A stretch of DNA of 64,000 bases from an archaeon (GTDB lineage: Archaea > B1Sed10-29 > WALL01). The notes beneath the pieces were generated by a model. The model was not told the origin of the DNA. It ran no database searches and saw nothing but the letters and a program-made list of their open reading frames with translations. Below are positions 1 to 9,517 of the stretch, piece by piece (the stretch's first letter is position 1; each line of letters begins with the position of its first letter). The stretch is taken from assembly GCA_042584585.1 (NCBI GenBank), contig JBHOSQ010000004.1, positions 38,433-102,432 of the forward strand, written 5' to 3'. Position numbers and translations under genes: made by a program.

Positions 1-390
1 GAGGAACGGCTCGCCACCGCTAAGCCAAACGACGTCTTGCTTTCTCCCATCGAGATAATGATCGTAATCCTCCCTCATGCCTTTCTTGAGGGCACCGAAT
101 TGATCAAAAAGCATGAAAAGCGAGTTCTTCAGTTTTTCCGCGTGCCCCTTCATTGCTTCAGGGTCCTGTTCCCTCTTTCTCGCGGCAGCGTTCATCATGT
201 ATTCAGCAAAACAATGGCCGCAGCTCAAGTTACAAATGTCGTTCATGAGGACGTTGATTGGGGCTTTTTTCTTGAATGGTGTTCTGAAGTCCTCATCATT
301 AGAAAAAACTCGCCACAAGAATTGCGCGCTTCCACGCTTGTCCTTCTTCTTCAGCGTCTTGACAATGTCTGGCTCGTTGAACTTTTTCAC
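1..390 (-). CDS. Radical SAM protein, N-terminal part (runs off the window)
   Basis: Not in the ORF track. Manual translation from GTG at 390 gives VKKFNEPD...MNDICNLSCGHCFAEY...VVWLSGGEPFL, with CxxxCxxC and GGEP motifs. Confidence 0.9.
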   Translation of the reverse strand, partial: MKKFNEPDIVKTLKKKDKRGSAQFLWRVFSNDEDFRTPFKKKAPINVLMNDICNLSCGHCFAEYMMNAAARKREQDPEAMKGHAEKLKNSLFMLFDQFGALKKGMREDYDHYLDGRKQDVVWLSGGEPFL

Positions 391-426
391 GAGTAGATAA
401 TGGCGGAGAAAGTATAAAATCCTTGC

Positions 427-1692
427 CTAGAACTTACAGAACTTTTGCGCTTTCTTGAGCGTGTTTTTTTCGTTTACCGACAGGACTTTGTTGTCGCGCA
501 TCACTACCTCGCCGTTGATGATGCTGTGGATTACCGGAGTGCCCCCGAACAAGGACTCGCGCAGCAACGACTCGTCCGTGTTCGGGACTATGCGGTCCCT
601 CATCGACACCACGGTTATGTCCGCGAGCGAGCCCGGCGCGAGCGAGCCGGTCGCGTGGCCGTACAGCCGAGAGTTGAACGCCATCGAAAGCAATTGGTTT
701 ATCGACACCTGCTTGCCTTTTGACTGCTGCAGCGTCAGCGCGTTCATAAGCTCGCGCCGAACGTCATTGCTCATGTTTGCGATTGGGTCGTCCACGCCTA
801 TGCCCACCGCGACGCCTGCCTCCAGCATGTCCGCCACCGGCGCGACGCCGGAGCCTAGGTTAAGGTTCACCGTCGGGCAGTGCACCACGGTCGAGCGGCT
901 CTTGGACAAAAGGAGTATGTCGTTCTTGGAAACGTTCACTGCATGCACGGCAAGCGAGTGGTCGTTCAACAGGCCGAGGTCGTACAGGTAGCGCACGCTG
1001 GTCTTGCCGGTACGCTGCAGGACAAACCCTTTTTCGCCGGTGGATTCGGCGACGTGCATGTGTACGCCGGTGTGGTTCTCGGTCGCCAGGTCCTTCACTG
1101 TCTTGATTAGCTTTTCTGTGGACTCCACTTCGTTCGCGAGGCCGAACATCCCCGTCAGGAGCGGGTGCTCCTCGAGGCGCTTCACGAGCCACTCGTTCTC
1201 GGACAAGTGCTTGCACGTGAAGGTGGCGCCGCTTTTTATCTCGCGGTCCTTCAGCGCGAGGGCCATTGTGCCCCTGAGGCCCAAACGGTCCAGGGCCTTG
1301 AGCACTGGCTTTGACCACTTGGCGTTGATGTTGTTTATTGAGGTGGTGCCAGTGTGGATGAACTCGAGGCCGGAGACCAACGCACCCAAGTAGGCATGGT
1401 CAGGCGTCATCTTGTTCTCGATTGGGAACAAGACTTTTTCGAACATCTCGAAGAGCGGCATGCCGACGCCGAGGCCCTGGGCAAGGCCGAGGGCTGCGTG
1501 GGTGTGTGCGTTGATGAAGCCGGGCATCACGAGGCAGCCGGTCGCATCGATGCGGTCGTAGCGCTTGTGTGACTTTCGCATGCGCTCCTTTGTTCCCGTG
1601 CCGGTGATGACTGTGCCTTCGACTGCCAGTGAGTGTTCTTTGAATGAATAGTTCGGCTGCAGCACCTTGCCGTTTTCGATAAGAAGAGCCAC
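427..1692 (-). CDS. Amidohydrolase family metal-dependent deaminase (MTA/SAH/5'-deoxyadenosine deaminase-like)
   Basis: PGFINAHTH, HMHVAES, AVHAV, VHCPTVN and GIGVDD motifs. Start probably GTG at 1692 (ORF open to 1707). Confidence 0.85.
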   Translation of the reverse strand: MALLIENGKVLQPNYSFKEHSLAVEGTVITGTGTKERMRKSHKRYDRIDATGCLVMPGFINAHTHAALGLAQGLGVGMPLFEMFEKVLFPIENKMTPDHAYLGALVSGLEFIHTGTTSINNINAKWSKPVLKALDRLGLRGTMALALKDREIKSGATFTCKHLSENEWLVKRLEEHPLLTGMFGLANEVESTEKLIKTVKDLATENHTGVHMHVAESTGEKGFVLQRTGKTSVRYLYDLGLLNDHSLAVHAVNVSKNDILLLSKSRSTVVHCPTVNLNLGSGVAPVADMLEAGVAVGIGVDDPIANMSNDVRRELMNALTLQQSKGKQVSINQLLSMAFNSRLYGHATGSLAPGSLADITVVSMRDRIVPNTDESLLRESLFGGTPVIHSIINGEVVMRDNKVLSVNEKNTLKKAQKFCKF

Positions 1693-1755
1693 TAATAAAC
1701 ACCACAAATGACGAAGTTATCTTTATATCCGGCGTGTGTTTTTAAAGGTAGCACC

Positions 1756-2283
1756 ATGATTGAAATTCGCATTCACGGGCGTGGCGGGCAAGGCGCGGTA
1801 ACAGCGTCAGAGCTGCTTGCGGTCGCGGCGTTCAGAGACGGCAAGTACGCCCAGGCGTTCGGGAAGTTCGGGCCCGAGCGGCGCGGCGCGCCGATACAGT
1901 CCTTCGCAAGGATTAGCGGTGAGCCGATACGCATCAGGCAGGAGGTCTATGAGCCTGATTACGTCATCGTCCTGGACTCGAGCCTCATGAAGGTAGTGGA
2001 CGTGAAGCAAGGATTGAAAAAGGGTGGGACAGTCATAGTCAACACGAGTGAGGACATCCCGGGCATGTGGTGCGTCGATGCCACGCGGATTGCGCTTGAC
2101 GTAATCGGCAGGCCGATCGTCAACACGGCGATGCTCGGCGCGTTCAACAAGGCAAGTGAGTGTGTGGTGACGCTGGACTCGCTCGCCGAGGCAATCAAAG
2201 AGCGGTTCCCGGGAAAGATTGGGGACTTGAACGCAAAAGCGATAGTGAAGGCCAGTGAGGGCTGTGCCTGCTGCGAGGTGTGA
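1756..2283 (+). CDS. porC: Pyruvate/2-oxoacid:ferredoxin oxidoreductase gamma subunit
   Basis: EIRIHGRGGQG, FGPERRGAP, NTAMLGA. Confidence 0.92.
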   Translation: MIEIRIHGRGGQGAVTASELLAVAAFRDGKYAQAFGKFGPERRGAPIQSFARISGEPIRIRQEVYEPDYVIVLDSSLMKVVDVKQGLKKGGTVIVNTSEDIPGMWCVDATRIALDVIGRPIVNTAMLGAFNKASECVVTLDSLAEAIKERFPGKIGDLNAKAIVKASEGCACCEV

Positions 2284-2286
2284 GAG

Positions 2287-2538
2287 ATGATTGGCGGAGT
2301 AGTGGACAAGCCTGGCAGCCTTGATGCCAACAAAACGGGGGGGTGGAGGAGCTTCCGCCCGATTATTGACAGGGAAAAATGCATTGGGTGCGGAATCTGC
2401 AAAAAGTTCTGCCCCGACGTATGCATCGAGATAATCAAAGGAAAATCTGTGGTTGACTACGACTACTGCAAGGGCTGCTTGATTTGCAAGAACTTGTGCC
2501 CGGTCAAGGCGATTTCGTCTGAAGAGGAGGAGAAATAG
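2287..2538 (+). CDS. porD: Pyruvate/2-oxoacid:ferredoxin oxidoreductase delta subunit (2x[4Fe-4S])
   Basis: TGGWRSFRP, CIGCGICKKFCP, YCKGCLICKNLCP. Confidence 0.93.
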   Translation: MIGGVVDKPGSLDANKTGGWRSFRPIIDREKCIGCGICKKFCPDVCIEIIKGKSVVDYDYCKGCLICKNLCPVKAISSEEEEK

Positions 2539-3654
2539 ATGAAGAAAATCGCTGAGGGAAGCCACGCGGTTGCAGAGGTCATGCGGCTGCTGAACCCGGC
2601 CGTGATGGCGATGTACCCAATCACGCCGAGCACCCACATCCCAGAAAAGCTAAGTGACTTTGAGTCTGACGGGGAGCTGGACGGCACAATCATTCGCGTG
2701 GAGTCAGAGTTTTCCGCGATGTCCGCATTGATTGGCGCGAGCGCCACAGGCGTGAGGACATATACTGCAACGAGCAGCCAGGGGCTTGCTTTGATGCACG
2801 AGGTTTTGTTCGCCGCGAGCGGCATGCGGCTTCCGATAGTTATTACGGTGGTGAACCGCGCGCTGAGCGCGCCGTTGAACATCTTCAACGACTGGCAGGA
2901 CTCGATTAGCGAGAGGGACAGCGGGTGGATACAGCTGTACGGAGAGGACTCGCAGGAAGTCGTTGACTTAATGATTCAGGCGTACCGCATTGCGGAGGAC
3001 AAGCGCGTCTTGCTTCCGGTGATGGTGTGCATGGACGGGTTTTTCCTGAGCCACACTTACGACGTCATTGACGTTCCTGAAGACCTCAAGGGATTTGTGC
3101 CGGACTACAAAGCGAAGCACGCCTACCTCGACCCGAAGAAGCCATTGACGCAGGGGGCGTGGGCGATGCAGGAGCCGTACTTCGAGCTGCGAAAGGAGCT
3201 TGAAGTGGCTGTGGAGGCGTCGCTTCCCGTGATAAAAGAAGTTCATGACTCGTTTGCCAAGGCGTTCGGCCGGGGTTACGGCGACGGCGCGATTGACGTG
3301 TACGGCAAGGGCGACGTGGCGGTCGTGTCGATGGGGAGCATGTGCACGAACCTTAAGGTGCTTGCCGACAAGCTTGGGTTCCAAGTGGTGCGGGTGCGGT
3401 GCTACCGGCCGTTTCCCAAAGAAGAGTTGAAGAAGGCGCTGAAGGGGAAGAAGGCCGTCGCTGTGTTCGAGAAGGACGTCGCGTATGGGACGGGCCATGG
3501 CGCGCTTTACATGGACCTTGATGGGTTAGTGGACACGAAGATAGTCAACTTTATTGTCGGGCTTGGCGGGCTGGACGTGCCGGTCAGCGAGCTCGAGCGG
3601 ATGTACAAGCAGCTCCCAAAGATGAAGAGCGGCGAAACGGGGTGGCAGAGATGA
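2539..3654 (+). CDS. porA: Pyruvate/2-oxoacid:ferredoxin oxidoreductase alpha subunit
   Basis: YPITPST, VESEFSA, TATSSQGL, NRALSAP. Confidence 0.93.
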   Translation: MKKIAEGSHAVAEVMRLLNPAVMAMYPITPSTHIPEKLSDFESDGELDGTIIRVESEFSAMSALIGASATGVRTYTATSSQGLALMHEVLFAASGMRLPIVITVVNRALSAPLNIFNDWQDSISERDSGWIQLYGEDSQEVVDLMIQAYRIAEDKRVLLPVMVCMDGFFLSHTYDVIDVPEDLKGFVPDYKAKHAYLDPKKPLTQGAWAMQEPYFELRKELEVAVEASLPVIKEVHDSFAKAFGRGYGDGAIDVYGKGDVAVVSMGSMCTNLKVLADKLGFQVVRVRCYRPFPKEELKKALKGKKAVAVFEKDVAYGTGHGALYMDLDGLVDTKIVNFIVGLGGLDVPVSELERMYKQLPKMKSGETGWQR

Positions 3655-4538
3655 GCAGTGAAGCCATTTCTTCGGGCCACTCGGCGTGCGCCGGGTGCGG
3701 AGAGATCATTGGCGAGCGCATGGTGCTCGAGGCCCTAGGGAAAAACGTGATTGTTTGCCAGGCGACGGGGTGCATGGAAATCACTACGACGCCTTACCCA
3801 CGGACCGCATTCAAAATTCCGTGGATTCACGTGACTTTCGAGAACGCTGCGTCCGTCGCGAGCGGGATTGTTGAGGCCGACCGCAAGCTTGGCCGCGACA
3901 GCACTGTTGTCGCGATGGGCGGAGACGGCGGCATGATGGACATCGGGATTCGCGCGGTGAGCGGTGCATTGGAGCGCGGGCATGACTTGATGGTGGTCGT
4001 GACGGACAACGAGGCTTACATGAACACCGGGATTCAGCGGTCGAGCGGCACCCCGAAGTACGCCGCGACGACCACATCGCCCGCCGGCAAGGCCATCCCG
4101 GGGAAGCAGCAGTGGAAGAAGCACATTGCGAGGATTGCTGCGGCGCACGGGGCGCCGTATGTCGCGACTGCGAGCATCGGGTTTCCCGAGGACTTGGTCG
4201 CGAAGGTCAAGAAGGCACAGTCAACCAAAGGCCCAACGCTGTTGCACATTTACACTCCGTGCCCGGTCGGGTGGGGGCATGACTCGAGCCAGACTGTTTA
4301 CTACGCCAAGAAAATTGTGGAGACGGGTTTGTGGCCGCTGTACGAAATTGATGGCGGGCAGCTGAAGATAAACCAACGGCCCAGCTTCGCTCCGCTTGAG
4401 GACTATTTCACTGGGCAAAAGCGGTACAAGCACTTGAAGCCGGAGCACATCAAGGAAATCGGTGACCATGTCAAGGCTAGCTGGAAAGAACTGGAAAAGC
4501 AGGAAGCCGCTGGCGTTGACCTGATGGTTTTGCCTTAG
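3651..4538 (+). CDS. porB: Pyruvate/2-oxoacid:ferredoxin oxidoreductase beta subunit (TPP-binding)
   Basis: GHSACAGC, GGDGG, DNEAYMNTGIQRS, PCPVGW. Confidence 0.93.
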   Translation: MSSEAISSGHSACAGCGEIIGERMVLEALGKNVIVCQATGCMEITTTPYPRTAFKIPWIHVTFENAASVASGIVEADRKLGRDSTVVAMGGDGGMMDIGIRAVSGALERGHDLMVVVTDNEAYMNTGIQRSSGTPKYAATTTSPAGKAIPGKQQWKKHIARIAAAHGAPYVATASIGFPEDLVAKVKKAQSTKGPTLLHIYTPCPVGWGHDSSQTVYYAKKIVETGLWPLYEIDGGQLKINQRPSFAPLEDYFTGQKRYKHLKPEHIKEIGDHVKASWKELEKQEAAGVDLMVLP

Positions 4539-6106
4539 ACTTCTTTTTCTGTTTGGGCCTTGAGGTCACCGAGCTTCTGGATTATTTCTTTGGTCTTGGC
4601 GAGGTTTTGGAGTGAGACCGCGGTCTCGAGCGAGACAATGCCGATGTCAACCTTTGCCACGAGCAGGTTTAGCTTTGAAACGTCTTCGCCGGCTGCCTTG
4701 CCCGAGGTTAGTTTGGCCTTGGCGGAGTCGAGTATTTCACCCATTACGTCAGAGACTGCTTTGCCGAGCTTTTCCCACAGCAGCTTTTTCTCTTCGTCAG
4801 AAGATGCGTTGTTGAGGTCTTTCTCGAACGCGGTGAAGTATGATGACAGGCCTTTGTCGACCTTTTCTTCTTTCAGCGCGGCCCGGAGCTCGCGCATTTT
4901 GGACTTCACGTCCTTGGTTTGGGGCTCGGCCGCTTTTTTGCGGCGTGGCTTTTTGCCCTCGAGCTTTTCCAGCTCTTGCTCGAACTCTTCGCGGGAAAGC
5001 GTGGCGACGACTGCCTTGCGGACAAGCTCTTTCAGGCCTTTGTCGAACTCAATCAAGTCCTGTTGGGCCTCTTCGAGCTCGCGCTCCTGCCGCTGCAGCG
5101 ACTCAACGCGGTCCGCCATGACCCCCATGTTGTCGCTGAAGGTCTCCAGCTTTTCGCCAATGTTTTTTGTCTTCAGCTCTTTCGTGAGCGACGCCAGGTC
5201 CTGTCGGATGTCAGTGACTTCCTCAAGGTTTTCTGTGTTGCGCTCGCCCCACTCGACGAGCTTTTGCTGGAGCTTGACTACTGAACTGTTCAGGCTGCTG
5301 AGCTCCACCCGCTCTTTTCCGATGGTTGAGTAAAGGTCCTCGAATTCCTCGTTGTGCTTCAGGAGTGTTTGCTTGAGTTCCTCGAACTTGTCGATTGAGC
5401 CCGCGACCTGCCCGACCTGGTTCATGGTGCGCTCCATTTCTTTCTTGACTTTTTCGCCGGCCTGTGTCTGGGCCTCGACGGCCGAGACGCGCTTCAGCAA
5501 GCCGTTGAGTGCCGTGGCGTTTTCCATGCTTTCCTTGTGCCAGGCCTCAAGCTCGGTCTTGAGTGTCTTCATGAACTCCTCGCCTTCCATGCCCTCAGCG
5601 GACATGGAGCGGGGGGCTGCAGTGACTTTTTCCTTGAGTGCCGCGAGCTCGGCGTCGTGTTGCTGGTCCGCGGTGGTGGACGTACTGGACAATTCTTCCA
5701 GCTTGGTTTGAAGGGAGAGTATTTTTTCTTTTTCGGACTGGATTTTGGTGAGCTGCTCTTCGAGGGCAGCGCGTGCCTCGGGAGCTGCTTGAGCCAGCGG
5801 GAGTTTTGAAATGGTTTCCATTTGTGACTGGAGCCTGGCGAGCTCGGCTTTTACCTCGGCCGACATGCCTGGCTTCTTGGCGGAGAGTGTCTGGACTTTG
5901 GTGGCCATGTCCGTGATTTCTTTCTGCAGCTCGGGGGGCACGGTCGTTTTGTGGGAAAGCAGGTCAAGCCGCTTGCTTAACGCGGCTATCGAAATCTGGT
6001 TTTTCTTGCTTTCCTCGTGCCACTGCCCAAGCTCGTCCTTGATGGACTTGAGCGATAAGGCGAGCTTCTGCATTACTTGCGCTGTTGAAACGTCTGCAGG
6101 CATCAA
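4535..6106 (-). CDS. Long coiled-coil hypothetical protein
   Basis: 523-aa E/K/L-rich heptad pattern with no Walker motifs. TTTATAAA lies about 26 nt upstream. Confidence 0.75.
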   Translation of the reverse strand: MMPADVSTAQVMQKLALSLKSIKDELGQWHEESKKNQISIAALSKRLDLLSHKTTVPPELQKEITDMATKVQTLSAKKPGMSAEVKAELARLQSQMETISKLPLAQAAPEARAALEEQLTKIQSEKEKILSLQTKLEELSSTSTTADQQHDAELAALKEKVTAAPRSMSAEGMEGEEFMKTLKTELEAWHKESMENATALNGLLKRVSAVEAQTQAGEKVKKEMERTMNQVGQVAGSIDKFEELKQTLLKHNEEFEDLYSTIGKERVELSSLNSSVVKLQQKLVEWGERNTENLEEVTDIRQDLASLTKELKTKNIGEKLETFSDNMGVMADRVESLQRQERELEEAQQDLIEFDKGLKELVRKAVVATLSREEFEQELEKLEGKKPRRKKAAEPQTKDVKSKMRELRAALKEEKVDKGLSSYFTAFEKDLNNASSDEEKKLLWEKLGKAVSDVMGEILDSAKAKLTSGKAAGEDVSKLNLLVAKVDIGIVSLETAVSLQNLAKTKEIIQKLGDLKAQTEKEV

Positions 6107-6142
6107 ATCAGGGTAAGATAACCCGGGAGGGTTTATAAATAT

Positions 6143-6802
6143 TCACTTTCTAAGCCGGGAAAGCACCACAGCGATGCCCCTGGCCTCGCCCCCCGAAATG
6201 AAGGCGCGGGACACGACGTTTCGGAACATCTTGACCGCGTTCTCGGGGTTTCGGAGGCCGCTTGAGCCCGCGGCTTCCTTGAACAGGCGGACGAGGGTCT
6301 CCTTTTCCCGGGAATTTGACGTACGGCGCGTGCTGGTTTTGGAAGAAAAGAGTTCGTAGAATACGATTGCGGCGGCATGGGTGATGTTCATCACGGGATA
6401 GCCAGGGGTTTCTATGTGCACGACGGTGTCGCACGCGCGGAGCTCTTTGTTGGTGAGGCCACGGGACTCCCTGCCAAAGACAAGCGCGTAACGGCCCTTG
6501 GCGTGGGTGGAGGCAAGCTCGCGGGGAGTGAGGTAGGAGCGGGTTGTGTTGTTGTCGGTGCTGGGCTTTGCGGTCGTCGCGATTAGTTCGTCGAAGCCTT
6601 CCACGGCCTCGGCAAAGGTCTTGACGGTCTTTGCTTTCTTGACGATTTGGAAGGAGTGCATCGCGCGGGCTTTGGTCATCATGGTGACGTCGCACGGGTT
6701 CACTAGGATTAACTCGGACAAGCCGAAGTTGTTCATTGCTCTCGCGACAAAGCCGATAGTCCCTGGGTTTTCTGGTTCCACCAAAATAACTGTCCAGCTC
6801 AT
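6143..6802 (-). CDS. trmJ: TrmJ-family SPOUT tRNA 2'-O-methyltransferase
   Basis: VILVEPENPGTIGFVARAMNNFG, ALVFGRESRGLTNKEL, YPVMNITHAAAI. Confidence 0.88.
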   Translation of the reverse strand: MSWTVILVEPENPGTIGFVARAMNNFGLSELILVNPCDVTMMTKARAMHSFQIVKKAKTVKTFAEAVEGFDELIATTAKPSTDNNTTRSYLTPRELASTHAKGRYALVFGRESRGLTNKELRACDTVVHIETPGYPVMNITHAAAIVFYELFSSKTSTRRTSNSREKETLVRLFKEAAGSSGLRNPENAVKMFRNVVSRAFISGGEARGIAVVLSRLRK

Positions 6803-6819
6803 TTAGCTACCCCTTTTAA

Positions 6820-6849
6820 GGGGGGCTGCGCCAATTGGCGCTGCCCCCC
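6820..6849. repeat. REP-like palindrome copy 1 (GGGGGGCTGCGCCAATTGGCGCTGCCCCCC)
   Basis: 30-bp inverted repeat with one mismatch, between divergent genes. Shares the GCCAATTGGC core with other copies. Confidence 0.85.
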
Positions 6850-6906
6850 AAGTTCATGATGTTTGGGCTAGTAGTTTTTTATATCCATAGATTGTATTCC
6901 AGCTTA

Positions 6907-8235
6907 ATGAAAAGGATTGCGGTAATGCTCTTGCTGCTCTTGGCTGTGGCCGCGGCAGAAGAGGTGTCACTGAACAGGGCTGCAACGCTCGCGGTCGTCG
7001 AGTACCCGGATTTGCAGGTCGCGCCGCAGAGCACGCCCGAGCAGCTGGCGGTCACGGAAACCGGGAGCTACTGGATAGTCGAGTTCGACCAGGTTTGGGT
7101 GCCCGTGACAAGTGAGGGCGCAGTGCTAAAGGAACAGGAAGAAGAAATCATTGCCGCGTACAAAGTGCACTACGCGCTCCAGACCGTGTCGGGCCAGCGG
7201 GAGACAAACCAGTACCCCACGGCGGAAGAAGACACACTCACTTTGCTGCTCGGGGACGTAGAAAACAAGGAGACTTACTTGGTTTCGTACAAGGCACAGC
7301 TGCCCACCGAGCTTCAGGACGAGGCAGACTCATTGGTTACTGCGGCACAGGGCTTGAAGGCGGCAATACAGTCATCACGGTCCTCGATAGTCGCGCTGAA
7401 GGCGACCGAGACATCATTGTTCTCGAGCAGGGCGAGCTATTCTGACTTCGGGTCGTGGCGCACGGAGTTCGGGGCCATGCTTGATTCACTGGGCGCGGTG
7501 GCGGAAACAGGGTACGCGTACGACGACGGCAGGACGGAGTTCAACCTGGCGGCGACTGCGTTCGTCGAGTCAAGCAACAACACGGCACAAAAGCAGCTCG
7601 TGCAGGCGTTCACGGGCGGCATCGCGATATCAAACATTCCGGGGTCGCTTCCGGGCCTGGAGAGCACGGTGAGCCAGTGGAAATCCAATTGGCTTGACGT
7701 GCAGCTCACCGACGAAAAAATCGGGGAGAACGCGGGAAGCGTTTACATTTTGTACCACGAGTTTTACAGCGGCGAGACGGTAACTGTGCTGCGGCAGGAG
7801 GCGTACTCCAAGGTGCAGGCACTGGCCGTGACCGTGCCGCTCATCCTTGGCGACTTAACGCAGTGCGAAGACAAGCTGACGCCGCGGGAACAGACCCAGC
7901 TCAACGATCTGGACGAGGCGTACACAAAGGCAACCGACGCGTACAACGAGGGCCGCGGATGTGAGACCGCGCTGGACGACGAGTGCGCGCGGACCGCGTA
8001 CCAGAACGCGGTTAGTTACTCCGAGGACGCGGCCGCCTTAGAGGGTGAATTGGGGGGAGCCGACTGCCCGAGCGCAACGCCGACCCCACAGCCAAACATT
8101 CTCGGGGATTTCCTTGGGTCTGTGTGGGGGATTGCATTCATTGGCCTCGTGGTTTTGCTGGTGGGGCTTTACTGGTGGAACAACCGGAAAAAGGAGGAGA
8201 CTTATGATGAAGGCGAGTACGTTCCTGATTGGTAG
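6907..8235 (+). CDS. Secreted, C-terminally membrane-anchored acidic helical protein
   Basis: Signal peptide MKRIAVMLLLLLAVAAA, PTPQP linker, C-terminal TM helix followed by NRKK. Confidence 0.75.
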   Translation: MKRIAVMLLLLLAVAAAEEVSLNRAATLAVVEYPDLQVAPQSTPEQLAVTETGSYWIVEFDQVWVPVTSEGAVLKEQEEEIIAAYKVHYALQTVSGQRETNQYPTAEEDTLTLLLGDVENKETYLVSYKAQLPTELQDEADSLVTAAQGLKAAIQSSRSSIVALKATETSLFSSRASYSDFGSWRTEFGAMLDSLGAVAETGYAYDDGRTEFNLAATAFVESSNNTAQKQLVQAFTGGIAISNIPGSLPGLESTVSQWKSNWLDVQLTDEKIGENAGSVYILYHEFYSGETVTVLRQEAYSKVQALAVTVPLILGDLTQCEDKLTPREQTQLNDLDEAYTKATDAYNEGRGCETALDDECARTAYQNAVSYSEDAAALEGELGGADCPSATPTPQPNILGDFLGSVWGIAFIGLVVLLVGLYWWNNRKKEETYDEGEYVPDW

Positions 8236-8926
8236 CCTGCTTCTGATGGCGGTGGCCTGCGCGGCTTCGCTGGATGTGGACAACAGGCACGTTTTCGAGG
8301 GCGAGGAGTTCACGGTCAAGTACACTGCGAGCGCTCCGCTGTCGCAGCAGGAAGTGTCAATCGCGTTCGCCGACCAGGAAAAGTCCATCACTTTGCCAAG
8401 CATGGCCGTGGGGACTTTTTCGACTACAATTGAGTTCACTGCCCCGCAAAGGGGGACGTATGAAGTCGTGTCCGGGGAAGCGAGGGCTGTGGTGGAAGTC
8501 GAGCCTGCGATGGTCGTGCTCGAGGACGTTCGGGTCGAGCCGTCAAGCGTGTCGCCGGGCGACTCGGTGCAGCTGAGCTACACAATCCGTAACGACGGCG
8601 ACGTAAAGGCTTACCACGTGAAGCGAAAAATCACAATAGCGAGTGACGCGTTCAGCTACAATTCCGAGGAAGACGAGCTGTACGGCGAGATGGGTCCCGG
8701 GGCAAGCCTCCACGAGGTCAAGGAAATCATGGCACGGGAAAGCGCTTCCGGCGACGTGAACATACAGCTTACTGTCAGTTACGAGTTCGACAACGAGGTG
8801 CACCGCCGCGAGGAATGGGTGCGGCTCGGCGTGTCGGCAATGGACTTGTGGATGGTCGCGGCTGTGCTCGTGGTTATTGCTGCTGCGGGGCTATTTTTCT
8901 CAAAGACCCAGCGGGCCGGCGAGTAA
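8204..8926 (+). CDS. Secreted Ig-like/CARDB-type protein with C-terminal TM anchor
   Basis: Signal peptide, beta-rich VEPSSVSPGDSVQLSYTIRNDG motif, C-terminal hydrophobic helix. Confidence 0.7.
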   Translation: MMKASTFLIGSLLLMAVACAASLDVDNRHVFEGEEFTVKYTASAPLSQQEVSIAFADQEKSITLPSMAVGTFSTTIEFTAPQRGTYEVVSGEARAVVEVEPAMVVLEDVRVEPSSVSPGDSVQLSYTIRNDGDVKAYHVKRKITIASDAFSYNSEEDELYGEMGPGASLHEVKEIMARESASGDVNIQLTVSYEFDNEVHRREEWVRLGVSAMDLWMVAAVLVVIAAAGLFFSKTQRAGE

Positions 8927-9484
8927 GCCGTCGCATTTGCCTGTGGCAAGCTGGGACTGGCCGCCGGTTATGGTGTAGAGGCAGTTCATTGTCATGCCCG
9001 GAGAGATTTCGGGGTTGGCTGAGGCGGTTGCCTTGACAAACACTTGGCAGTAGATTCCCTGGTCCGTTATTTCATAGGAATAGGCCATGCCACGGTAAGA
9101 GCTGGTGTATTTCCCGGCCGCACACTCAAGGGTTTTTTGGACGCAGAACGTGTCGTCGCCGCAGTCCGCGGGGCCGCCGGTGAGCTGGAAGGCAAGGAAT
9201 GCCACTACAGACAGGGCGGCAAGCACCGCGACAATCATCAAAAAGAGTTGTGGGAAATTGATTTCTTGTTTGGGCTTGGCGTAAAGCCTTGCCTCGGCAC
9301 GGGACACAATCTTTTCCGAGTCGCCGAAGCTGTAGCCCTGTTCCTTCAGCATGGCCTTAATTGTCTCGCGCTTTTTGCCTGAGCCGAGGAGCCCGGCGGC
9401 GTTGTCGATGACTGCCTTGCTGATTTCTTTTTTTGACGCTTCCTCTATGTCTCCGAACTGCGTCAAGTCGACTACTTCGCCCAT
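8900..9484 (-). CDS. Single-pass membrane hypothetical protein with Cys-rich extracellular domain
   Basis: One TM helix followed by 6 Cys (DCGDDTFC...). TATA-like TTTATAAA upstream. Confidence 0.7.
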   Translation of the reverse strand: MGEVVDLTQFGDIEEASKKEISKAVIDNAAGLLGSGKKRETIKAMLKEQGYSFGDSEKIVSRAEARLYAKPKQEINFPQLFLMIVAVLAALSVVAFLAFQLTGGPADCGDDTFCVQKTLECAAGKYTSSYRGMAYSYEITDQGIYCQVFVKATASANPEISPGMTMNCLYTITGGQSQLATGKCDGLLAGPLGL

Positions 9485-9517
9485 CGGGAAGATGATAAGC
9501 GGGAATAGTTTATAAAA

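Noticed and set aside
37-400. Plus-strand ORFs 37-396 and 113-400
   Set aside because: They are shadows of the minus-strand radical SAM gene, which has clear motifs.
4535-6106. Coiled-coil protein as the missing Rad50/SMC
   Set aside because: No Walker A/B, signature motif, CxxC hook or hinge visible.
7685-7692. CCAATTGG cores at 7685, 11671 and 62672
   Set aside because: They lie within coding sequence and lack the G/C clamp arms, so they are probably chance 8-mers.
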